DNA of 64,000 nucleotides from Dehalococcoidia bacterium (GTDB lineage: Bacteria; Chloroflexota; Dehalococcoidia; CAUJGQ01): NCBI GenBank assembly GCA_035310145.1, contig DATGEL010000129.1, positions 8,385 to 72,384 of the forward strand, given 5' to 3'. Positions 19,171-27,069 of the stretch are shown piece after piece. The translations under genes were made by a program, and so were the position numbers. The notes below the pieces were generated by a model. It saw only the letters and a program-made list of their open reading frames with translations, ran no database searches and had not been told where the DNA came from. Numbering within the stretch: the stretch's first letter is position 1; every line of letters begins with the position of its first letter.

Positions 19171-19976
19171 GGACGGACCCAGCCTGTGCCCTGCATCGCC
19201 AGCGCGGCGATCAGCACCGCGGCCTGGGCCAGCTCGCACGCCGCGCCGAAGACATCGCCGGTGAGGCCTCCGAGGCGACGCCAGGCGATACTGCCGACCG
19301 CCGCCGCCCCGACAAGCGCGGCGCCCAGCAGCACCAGCCCGCCCCATCCGCCGCAAAGCAGGGCGATGCCCACGGCCAAGATCAGCGCGACGACGCCGGG
19401 CCAGCCGCGCGCGGCGCGATGGAAGCCGAGGCCAAGCCCGTCAGCACGCACATACGGCAGCGCCGCCGCGAGCGCGACCATTGCGCCACGGCCGAGCGCC
19501 GGCGCGGCGACGAGCGTTGCTCCGCGCGCCGCGCCGTGCAGCGAGCCGAGCGCCGCGAAGACGAACAGGAGGTACAACGCGATTGCCGCCACCCCGAACG
19601 AGCCCACACGGCTGTCGCGCATGATCTCCAGGCGTCGCTCGCTGGCGTGCAAGCCCAGCAAGCCGTCGGCGCAGTCGGCCAGGCCGTCGAGGTGCAGCAG
19701 CCCGGTCAGCCCCTCCCAGAGAATCAGCAGCAGCACGGCTTCGGGCGCAGCCGGCAGCCGGCCCGCAAGCAACCGGTCGAGGAGCGCAAGCACGCCGCCG
19801 ATGCCCGCGCCGACGAGGGGAAACCACGCCTGCGCCGCCGCGAGCGTCGGGGCATCGACGAGCGGTGGGCGGCGCAGGTGCAGCACCGTGAGGAACTCGA
19901 GCGCCAGCAGCGGTGACGCGATGCCGCCGCGCCGCGCCTCATGCGAAGAGTCTCCCGCGACCGCCGCGTCGGCCAT
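19161..19976 (-). CDS. cobS: Adenosylcobinamide-GDP ribazoletransferase (cobalamin synthase)
   Basis: CobS-like polytopic protein with LGGLTGDVFGAACE. Confidence 0.85.
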   Translation of the reverse strand: MADAAVAGDSSHEARRGGIASPLLALEFLTVLHLRRPPLVDAPTLAAAQAWFPLVGAGIGGVLALLDRLLAGRLPAAPEAVLLLILWEGLTGLLHLDGLADCADGLLGLHASERRLEIMRDSRVGSFGVAAIALYLLFVFAALGSLHGAARGATLVAAPALGRGAMVALAAALPYVRADGLGLGFHRAARGWPGVVALILAVGIALLCGGWGGLVLLGAALVGAAAVGSIAWRRLGGLTGDVFGAACELAQAAVLIAALAMQGTGWVRPWL

Positions 19977-19979
19977 CAG

Positions 19980-21062
19980 CTAACCCTCGACGGCGGCCGC
20001 GCTGTCGGAATCGGCTACGCCAGCCTCTTCGAACGTCGCCATTTCGCTGAGCACGCGTGCGGCGGCCTCAAGCAGGCCGATGCCCAGCGCCGCGCCGGTG
20101 CCCTCACCCAGGCGCATCTGCAGGTCGAGCAGCGGGCGCAGGCCGAGGTGCGCCAGCGCCGCGTCGTGGCCCGGCTCCGCGGAGCGATGCGCCGCGGCGA
20201 GATATGCCCCCGCCTCCGGTGCGATCGCCACCGCGATCAAGGCCGCGGCCGTGGCGATGAAGCCGTCCACCATCACCGGCCGGCGCGCGGCGGCGGCGCC
20301 GAGGCAGACACCGGCAAGCAGGCCGATCTCCAGCCCACCGACCTTTGCGAGCACGTCGATGCCATCGGTGGGATCGGGCATGTTGACGGCGATCGCCTGC
20401 TCGATGCGACGGATCTTGGCCGCAAGGACCACGTCGTCGATGCCGGTGCCGCGACCAGTGACCGTTGCCGGCGGCAGGCCAGTGAAGACGGCCGTGATCG
20501 CGGCGGAGGGCGTGGTGTTGCCGATGCCCATGTCGCCAATGCCGATCACGTCCGTGCCGCCCTCAGCCTGCTCGCGCGCCAGCTCGGCTCCATGCAGCAA
20601 TGTGGCGATGGCCACCTCGCGCGGCATGGCCGGACCGACACTAATGTCGGCCGTGCCGCGCTGCGGCGCCCGCACGATCAGCCGCGGGTCGTCCGACGGC
20701 TGGGCGAAAACACCCGCGTCCACGACCAGGACCCGCGCCCCGGCCAGCCTCGCCAGCACGTTGACCGCCGCGCCCCCCGCAAGAAAGTTCAGCACCATCT
20801 GGCCGGTCACTTCGGGCGGATAGGCGCTGACACCGCGGCGGGCGACGCCGTGGTCGGCCGCCGCAGTGACGATGACCTTCTCGTGCACCGCCGGCAGCGG
20901 CGAAGCACGTACGCCGGCGAGCCAGATCGACAGCTCTTCCAGCCGGCCCAGCGCGCCCGGCGGCTTGGTCAATCGGTCCTGGCGTGCACGGGCGGCGGCC
21001 ATCGCCGTCGCGTCCAGCGGCTGGATCCGATCGACGACGCGGTGCAGGCCATCCTCGGTCAC
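19980..21062 (-). CDS. cobT: Nicotinate-nucleotide--dimethylbenzimidazole phosphoribosyltransferase
   Basis: Motifs LTKPPGALGRLEELSIWLAGV and GIGDMGIGNTT. Confidence 0.9.
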   Translation of the reverse strand: MTEDGLHRVVDRIQPLDATAMAAARARQDRLTKPPGALGRLEELSIWLAGVRASPLPAVHEKVIVTAAADHGVARRGVSAYPPEVTGQMVLNFLAGGAAVNVLARLAGARVLVVDAGVFAQPSDDPRLIVRAPQRGTADISVGPAMPREVAIATLLHGAELAREQAEGGTDVIGIGDMGIGNTTPSAAITAVFTGLPPATVTGRGTGIDDVVLAAKIRRIEQAIAVNMPDPTDGIDVLAKVGGLEIGLLAGVCLGAAAARRPVMVDGFIATAAALIAVAIAPEAGAYLAAAHRSAEPGHDAALAHLGLRPLLDLQMRLGEGTGAALGIGLLEAAARVLSEMATFEEAGVADSDSAAAVEG

Positions 21063-21099
21063 GGCAGCTCCTCCCCTCTTACGGCGGCGCGGGCGGCGG

Positions 21100-21636
21100 C
21101 TAGAACTCGATGCCGGGCTGTGCCTTGACGCCTTGCTTGTATGGATGCTTGATCTCGGTCATCTCCGTGACGAGGTCGGCCGCGGCCACAAGCCGCTCCG
21201 GCGCATCACGACCGGTGACCACCACGTGCACGTGCGCGGGCCGTGCGGCGAGCGTCGTCAGCACCTCGTCCAGGTCGAGCCAGCCGAACTTCAGCGGATA
21301 GGTGAACTCATCCAGGGCGACCATGTCATAATCGCCAGAGAGCAGCCGCTCTTTGCAGGCCGCCCAACACTGCTCGGCGAGGGCGCGGTCGTGCTCCAGG
21401 TTCTCCGAGAGCCAGGTGAAGCCGGCGCCCAGCGACACGAGCTCGAAGCCCAGCCGGCGCGCGGCGCGGTGCTCGCCGTAGTTGCTGGTCTCGGCCTTGA
21501 TGAACTGCAGCATTGTGACCTTCCAGCCGCGGCCGGCGGCGCGCAGCAGCAGGCCGAGCGCCGCCGTGGTTTTGCCCTTGCCGCGACCGGTGTAGACGAT
21601 CAGCAGTGCGCGGCGGGCGGCACGGTCGTCCGGCAC
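21100..21636 (-). CDS. cobO: Cob(I)yrinic acid a,c-diamide adenosyltransferase
   Basis: Motifs LLIVYTGRGKGKTTAALGLLLRAAGRGWKVTMLQFIK and DYDMVALDEFTY. The GTG at 21636 sits 6 nt after AAGGAGG. Confidence 0.85.
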   Translation of the reverse strand: MPDDRAARRALLIVYTGRGKGKTTAALGLLLRAAGRGWKVTMLQFIKAETSNYGEHRAARRLGFELVSLGAGFTWLSENLEHDRALAEQCWAACKERLLSGDYDMVALDEFTYPLKFGWLDLDEVLTTLAARPAHVHVVVTGRDAPERLVAAADLVTEMTEIKHPYKQGVKAQPGIEF

Positions 21637-21847
21637 AGCGCGCCTCCTTGACACAAATATGACACAAGTTTGCGGATGGAAGCCGCGCGGATTCGCCGGT
21701 GCGCAGCCGCCGGATCTCGCAGCTCTGCGCCTCCGAGTTGACCACGCGCGGGGCGCGGCGTCCAGCACCGCCATGCAGCGGCGCGGACATCGCATGCGGC
21801 CAAAAGCGGGCGCCAGGCGACTGCGTTCATTTTTTCACAGTCACAGC

Positions 21848-21876
21848 TTGACAGGGTTGTTATGCGCCTGTAACCT
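21848..21876 (+). promoter_or_regulatory. Putative sigma70-type promoter for the riboswitch transcript
   Basis: TTGACA (21848-21853), 17-nt spacer, TAACCT (21871-21876). Confidence 0.35.
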
Positions 21877-21929
21877 GTGCGCGGAGTCACAAAGTTTGGT
21901 CGGGGCACCCGCCATCCCGATCCGGCTGA

Positions 21930-22052
21930 CGCACTCGCTGCCAAATCCGCCGCCAGCGGACCGGGGGACCTGCATTCCGGGGTGAATCTCGCCAGCGCGA
22001 GTAGGGCCTGCCTTTCAGCCCGAACCCGTCAACTAACCTCGGCGGCAAACGA
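21930..22052 (+). promoter_or_regulatory. c-di-AMP riboswitch (ydaO-yuaA class)
   Basis: The blocks CGCTGCCAAATCC...GCGGACCGGGGGACC...GGGGTGAATC...GTAGGG...CCCGAACCCGTCAACTAACCTCGGCGGC match, from memory, the conserved blocks of the ydaO motif. In B. subtilis these read TCGCTTAATC, GAGCGGGGGACCCA, GGGGTGAATCC, GGTAGGG and CCCGAACCCGTCAGCTAACCTCGTAAGCG. Confidence 0.7.
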
Positions 22053-22113
22053 AAGGCCCATCGCGGTGCAGAACCGAAGTCTGGTGTCTTTAAGTGCCGA
22101 GGAGGGACCGTCG

Positions 22114-22323
22114 ATGCAGTCGTTTCCACCGAGACTGTGCGCGCGCTGCCGGGGCGCGATGATCGTCGAGCGCGATTGGTATGGGTCGTATGCGACCTGT
22201 ATCTCCTGCGGGTTCGTGCATGAAATGGTTTCCTCCCCCGCCATCGATCTCCTCGATGAGGAGGACGGCTCGAGCCCGCGCCAACGCCGCCGCCAGCCCT
22301 CGCACGGCAAGCTGCGCCTGTAG
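22114..22323 (+). CDS. Small zinc-ribbon protein (69 aa), uncharacterised
   Basis: A strong RBS (GAGGAGG) lies 7 nt upstream of the ATG. CxxC-x16-CxxC (CARC...CISC), then an acidic stretch and a basic tail RQRRRQPSHGKLRL. Confidence 0.6.
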   Translation: MQSFPPRLCARCRGAMIVERDWYGSYATCISCGFVHEMVSSPAIDLLDEEDGSSPRQRRRQPSHGKLRL

Positions 22324-22413
22324 CCCCCGATCTGTTTTCCAGGCAGCCTCTCCTCGCTACGGTCAGCAGGTGTGCCTGGCCGAGCTGGTCGACTGCCAGT
22401 CGCAGCGCCGCTG

Positions 22414-23052
22414 ATGGCCCGGGTGCACGCTCGACGAACGGCGCCCGGCCTGGCGCGCGGGTCCGCTTTCCTGGCGGATCTGCACGACTGCCTGCTGGAC
22501 CTGGGCGTTTCGAATCGGCGCCTGCTGGCGCTGGCGCTGGACGCCGGCGGACTGGCAACGCTTCAGACCGCATTCGACACGTTTGATGGCTTCATCGCGC
22601 CCGGGCTCTCTGCCCGTTCGCCCACGCTGCCGCTGCCCTGGATCCGCGGCGCACCCGACCGTCTGCCGATCCGCCCGGGGTCGCTTGCGGGGCTGCTGGT
22701 CTGCGGCGAGTTTCGCGACTGGCCCGCCCTGCGGCCCGTGCTGGACGAAGCGCAGCGTGTCCTGCAGCCCGGGGGGGTGCTGCTTGCGGCGGATGCCGCG
22801 GCGCCGGGAGTGCTGCGGCAGGGCCACAGCCGCTCCGCGGTTGCCTGGTGCCGGGTGCTCGAAGAACACGGCTTCACCGTAGAGATGACACTGGCCACGC
22901 GCCCGGCGCCGCCGCTCGCCGATGCAGTGACGGTTTCCCTCGGTCGGGGCGAGGCCGTCGTGAGCGTTACCGAGTCTCCCGGCCTGACGCGGGACCGCGC
23001 GCTTGGCCTCCACGCCTGGGAGAGCCTGATCGTCCAGGCGCGGTCGAGCTGA
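22414..23052 (+). CDS. Class I SAM-methyltransferase-fold-like protein with a degenerate glycine loop
   Basis: GC3-rich coding frame. LPIRPGSLAGLLV and VLDEAQRVLQPGGVLLA resemble MTase motifs, but motif I reads LALALDAGGL instead of LDxGxGxG. The start is uncertain. Confidence 0.5.
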   Translation: MARVHARRTAPGLARGSAFLADLHDCLLDLGVSNRRLLALALDAGGLATLQTAFDTFDGFIAPGLSARSPTLPLPWIRGAPDRLPIRPGSLAGLLVCGEFRDWPALRPVLDEAQRVLQPGGVLLAADAAAPGVLRQGHSRSAVAWCRVLEEHGFTVEMTLATRPAPPLADAVTVSLGRGEAVVSVTESPGLTRDRALGLHAWESLIVQARSS

Positions 23053-23153
23053 CTTTGCGCCGTCGACGCCTGGCCCAGTCGCGATTCGCCGCCTGAGGCG
23101 CCGGCAGAGGGTCGCCGTCCGCGCGTCGGAAGCCTAAGATTCGGGCAACGCGT

Positions 23154-23558
23154 ATGACGGAGCGATGCCGGCTCGGCGGTCTCTTCTCCCGCTGCCACGA
23201 ACCCACGGTAGGCTCGTGCCAGTACTGCAGCCGCGCCTTCTGCAGCGTGCACGGCAATCTGCTCCCGGCCCGTGAAGCGATCTGCGCCCGCGAGATCTGT
23301 CAGCACAAGCACGCCGACGTGGAGACGCATCTCCGCTTCCGCGAGCGCGCCCTGCAGCGCAACCAGTTTGGCTTGTGCGGCATCGAAGGCTGCAGCGCCG
23401 AGCGCTGGGGGCAGTGTTCCAAGTGCCTCGCGCTCTTTTGCGAGGACCACCTTTCCAACCGCACCGAAACCGTGCGCGAGGGCCACGCCCGCTTCTCGCG
23501 CCCCGCGTCGTTCTGTGCCCATTGCCTGCTTCGCCGCAAGCTCTGGGCCAAGCGCTGA
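23154..23558 (+). CDS. Cys/His-rich protein with two AN1/B-box-like zinc-finger repeats
   Basis: The pattern C-x7-C-x2-C-x4-C-x2-H occurs twice (C14..H33 and C80..H99), each with an FCxxH core. Codon bias is good. Confidence 0.6.
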   Translation: MTERCRLGGLFSRCHEPTVGSCQYCSRAFCSVHGNLLPAREAICAREICQHKHADVETHLRFRERALQRNQFGLCGIEGCSAERWGQCSKCLALFCEDHLSNRTETVREGHARFSRPASFCAHCLLRRKLWAKR

Positions 23559-23576
23559 GGCCCGAAGCGGGGCCGC

Positions 23577-24251
23577 TCAATCGACCGGGGCTGCGAACGC
23601 GGCGCTCGCCCGTAGGCGGCAGCCAAACACCTCCGCAAAGATTGTCGCGTAGCGGCTGGCGGCTTCGGTGTAAGCCGGGGCATCGCCGCGCAGGGCGCGG
23701 ATCGAGGTGAACGGCGTGTCCGGGAGGCCGCATGGCCGGAGCCAGGCGAGGTGCACAGGGTCGGGAGCGAGATTGATGGCGATGCCGTGCATGGTAACCC
23801 AGCGACTGATGAAGACGCCGACTGAGGCGATCTTGCCAGCGACGGCGTACACACCGGGCGCGCCGCCGCGTCGTTCAGCGGTCACACCGTAGGAAGCGCA
23901 CAGCTCGATTGCGGTCTGTTCAAGCCGGCGCACGTATTGATGCACGTCGCGCCCGTAGCCTCTGAGGTCAAGAATCGGGTAGGCGACGAGCTGGCCCGGG
24001 CCGTGATAGGTGATATCGCCGCCGCGCTCGCAGTGCAGCAGCGGCACGCCGACGAGTTCCAGATGCCGCTCCGCGACCAGCAGATGGCGGAAGTCCGCGT
24101 TCTGGCCGGTGGTGATCACCGGCTCGTGCTCCGTCAGCAGCAGGGTGTCGGGGATGGCGCCCGCCTTGCGCTGCCCCAACAGCTTCCGTTGGATCAGCAG
24201 GATCTCCTCATAGCGGCTGCGGCCAAGGTCGATGAGCCGCAGTTCAGGCAT
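23577..24251 (-). CDS. lipB: Lipoyl(octanoyl) transferase
   Basis: Motifs LLLTEHEPVITTGQNA, GGDITYHGPGQLVAYPI and KIASVGV. Confidence 0.9.
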   Translation of the reverse strand: MPELRLIDLGRSRYEEILLIQRKLLGQRKAGAIPDTLLLTEHEPVITTGQNADFRHLLVAERHLELVGVPLLHCERGGDITYHGPGQLVAYPILDLRGYGRDVHQYVRRLEQTAIELCASYGVTAERRGGAPGVYAVAGKIASVGVFISRWVTMHGIAINLAPDPVHLAWLRPCGLPDTPFTSIRALRGDAPAYTEAASRYATIFAEVFGCRLRASAAFAAPVD

Positions 24252-25632
24252 CGCCGGCGGCCCTTCTCGCGGCTTCGGTCAGGCTCTCCGACAGTGTTGG
24301 GTGCCAGTGCGTCGCGGCGGCCAGGTCTTCAACCGTGGCTTCGAGCCGCATCGCCAGCACGGCCTGCCCGATCAACTCGCCCGCGCCCGGGCCGATCACG
24401 TGCACGCCAAGGATTTGGCCGCTCTCGGCATCCGCAACGACCTTCACGACGCCCTCGCGCCCGCCCATAGTCAGCGAGCGCGCGTTGGCGAGCAGGTTGG
24501 CCGTGCCGCAGCGCACCGCTCGGCCCGTGGCCTTCGCAGCCGCTTCGGTGACTCCCACCGCGGCGAACTCCGGGTCGGTGAAGATCGCACGAGGCGAAAA
24601 GCGGTCATCGCGCCGCGACTTGCGGCCCATGACGTGTTCGCTCACGCCGCGGCCGGCCGTCGCCGCCGCCTGCGAGGTCATTGCGCCTCCCGTCACATCT
24701 CCCGCCGCGAAGATGCCGCGAGCGCTCGTCTCGCCGTGCTCGTCGACGCGCAGGGCGCCGTTCGCCTGTTCTGGTCGCAGCGCCTCCAGTCCCACGTCCG
24801 CCCAGTACGGCCGGCGGCGGTCCGGCGCACAGATCGCGGCCACCACGAGCTGCCGTTCGCCGCCGGCAGCCACTACGCGGGCGACGCAGCCGGCCTCGTT
24901 ACTCACCACGCCGGCCAGGCGGGCGTCTGTCATGACCTCAACCCCGCTTGCTCGCAGCGTCTCTCCCAGCGCCGCGGCGAACAGCGGCTCCTCACCCGGC
25001 AGGATCGAATCGCCCTCTTCGATCAGCGTAACGCGCGAACCGAAGCCGGCGAAGAGGCGGGCGAACTCCAGCACGAAGGCGGGGTTCGGCGCGCCGCCCA
25101 GGATCAGCAGCGATTCGGGAACGACGGTCAGGCGCAGCGCGGTGTCGGCGGTGAGGATCGCGTTCGCGTCGAGGCCCGGCACCGCCGGCAGGTCGGGCCG
25201 CGCACCGGTGGCCACCAGGATGGTCCGGCAGTCGAGCGCGAGCGGTGAGCCGTCGCTGAGCGCGGCGGCCACACGGCCGGGCCGCTCGATGCGAGCGCGG
25301 CCGTCGTAGAACTCGACCTTCTGCTGTCGTAGTTGCACACGGATGCCGTTGGTCATCGCCTGCACGAGCTGCTGCTTGCGCGCCACGGCGCGGTTGAAGG
25401 CCGGCGGTCCGTCGTGTATGGAGAGAACGCCGCCGAGGCTCTGCGCCCGCTCCGCGCCTTCAAGCGTATCCAGCAAGATCATCGTCGGGATGCAGTTGTG
25501 CTGGACGCAGTTTCCGCCGGCCGCCTGCTCCTCGACGATCGCGGCGCGGCCGCCGAGCTCCGCCACGCGCAGCGCCGCCGTGTAGCCCGCCGGACCGCCG
25601 CCGATCGCCACCAGATCGAATAGCTCACTCAC
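24244..25632 (-). CDS. lpdA: Dihydrolipoyl dehydrogenase (E3)
   Basis: FAD motif DLVAIGGGPAGY, redox-active GGNCVQHNCIPT, and the C-terminal HxHPTLSE interface motif. Confidence 0.92.
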   Translation of the reverse strand: MSELFDLVAIGGGPAGYTAALRVAELGGRAAIVEEQAAGGNCVQHNCIPTMILLDTLEGAERAQSLGGVLSIHDGPPAFNRAVARKQQLVQAMTNGIRVQLRQQKVEFYDGRARIERPGRVAAALSDGSPLALDCRTILVATGARPDLPAVPGLDANAILTADTALRLTVVPESLLILGGAPNPAFVLEFARLFAGFGSRVTLIEEGDSILPGEEPLFAAALGETLRASGVEVMTDARLAGVVSNEAGCVARVVAAGGERQLVVAAICAPDRRRPYWADVGLEALRPEQANGALRVDEHGETSARGIFAAGDVTGGAMTSQAAATAGRGVSEHVMGRKSRRDDRFSPRAIFTDPEFAAVGVTEAAAKATGRAVRCGTANLLANARSLTMGGREGVVKVVADAESGQILGVHVIGPGAGELIGQAVLAMRLEATVEDLAAATHWHPTLSESLTEAARRAAGDA

Positions 25633-25671
25633 CGCTCAACGCTCCCTGCCAGCGGCTCGGATCGGCGCCGC

Positions 25672-27024
25672 TCATTCGGCGAGCAGCAGGTAAGGACGCT
25701 CCAGCAGGTGGCGAATGCGCGCGAGGAACTCGGCGGCAGGAGCGCCGTCCAGCACGCGGTGGTCGATCGTCAAGCTGAGCGTCATCACCGAGCGGCGCCG
25801 CACTTCACTGCCCTCCAGCGCCAGCGCGTCGCGGATGCGGCCGACGCCGAGGATCGCGGCCTGCGGCGGGTTGACAATCGGCGTGAAGCCGTCCACGCCA
25901 TACATGCCCAGCGACGTGACCGAGAAGGTGCCGCCCGATACGTCGTCGAAGCCAAGCTTGCCGGCGCGGGCGCGCTCCGCCAGCGCCGCGGCGCGCTCGG
26001 CGAGCTGCTTGAGCGGGGTGACGTCGGCCCGGTGCAGCACCGGCACGATCAACCCTTCCGCCAGGGCCACGGCCATGCCGACGTTGACCTCGGCGTGCAG
26101 CACGATCTGATCGCCTTCCAGCGACGCGTTGACGCGAGGATGTTCGCGCAGCGCCCTCGCCGCCGCCTTGATCGCCAGATCCGTGAAGCCGACGCGCACG
26201 CCGTCTCGCTCCCACTCCTCGACGAGCTGGCCGCGCAGCTTGAGCAGATCCGTGACGTCCGCTTCGGCCGTCAGCGTGAGCTGGGCCATCTGCTGCAGGC
26301 TGGCGTGCATGCGCTCGCCGATCGTCTTGCGCAGCCCGCGGTATGGCACGCTCGCCACCGGCGCGGCGGCGCCTCCGGCCGCGGCCGCGATCGCGCCCTC
26401 CACGTCCTCCTGCACGATGCGGCCGCCCGGCCCGCTGCCGTGCAGCGTGCGCAGGTCGATACCGTGTTGCTCGGCGATCCGGCGCGCGAGCGGCGAGGCC
26501 TTGACCCCGGCGGCAACCTCGCCGGTGTCTGCCGCGACGGCCGCGGCTGATTGATGCGCCGCCGTCACATCGGCTTCGCTGACGCGGCCGCCTGGACCCG
26601 ATCCGTGCACCGCGGCCAGATCAACGCCGAGCTCGCGGGCGAGCCGGCGCGCCGCTGGCGTGGCGACCACAAAGCTGTCTGGTGCTGTCGCGGGCGCCGC
26701 GCTGCCGTTCGCCCGGGCAGCGGGCGTTGCGGTTGTGACGACGCCCGCAGGCGCGGGGCCGGCGCCGAGCCCCGCCGGCGGCGCTTCGCCCGTTGCGAGA
26801 ATGTAGCCGACCAGGCCACCGGCTTCGATCACCGCTTCTTCCGCGGCGGCGTGGCGCAGCACACCCTCCGCCTCTGCTTCAACTTCGTAGTCGATCTTCT
26901 CGGTGGTCATACGAAAGATCGGGACGCCGGGCGCAACGGGCGCGCCGTCGGGCTGCAACCAGGCTGCCAGCGTGCCCTCGACCATGGTCATGCCCAGTTT
27001 CGGCATCAGCACTTCCGTCGCCAT
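25672..27024 (-). CDS. Dihydrolipoamide acyltransferase (E2)
   Basis: An N-terminal lipoyl domain (MTTEKIDYEVEA), two peripheral-subunit-binding domains (PAARRLARELGVDL..HGSGPGGRV and PLARRIAEQHGIDL..HGSGPGGRI), and the catalytic DHRVLDGA. Confidence 0.9.
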   Translation of the reverse strand: MATEVLMPKLGMTMVEGTLAAWLQPDGAPVAPGVPIFRMTTEKIDYEVEAEAEGVLRHAAAEEAVIEAGGLVGYILATGEAPPAGLGAGPAPAGVVTTATPAARANGSAAPATAPDSFVVATPAARRLARELGVDLAAVHGSGPGGRVSEADVTAAHQSAAAVAADTGEVAAGVKASPLARRIAEQHGIDLRTLHGSGPGGRIVQEDVEGAIAAAAGGAAAPVASVPYRGLRKTIGERMHASLQQMAQLTLTAEADVTDLLKLRGQLVEEWERDGVRVGFTDLAIKAAARALREHPRVNASLEGDQIVLHAEVNVGMAVALAEGLIVPVLHRADVTPLKQLAERAAALAERARAGKLGFDDVSGGTFSVTSLGMYGVDGFTPIVNPPQAAILGVGRIRDALALEGSEVRRRSVMTLSLTIDHRVLDGAPAAEFLARIRHLLERPYLLLAE

Positions 27025-27069
27025 CGCGTCTCCTTGTCGGCCCCCATCGGTGCCCGGCGTCCACCGGGG

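Noticed and set aside
21637-21850. Possible cobalamin riboswitch upstream of cobO (minus strand).
   Set aside because: Only loose resemblance is present. GCTGCGAGATCC can be compared with GGTGCGAAATCC, and CGCACCGG with the CGCCACTG core. I could not find a B12 box or the expected helices. It is left for a covariance-model search rather than called.
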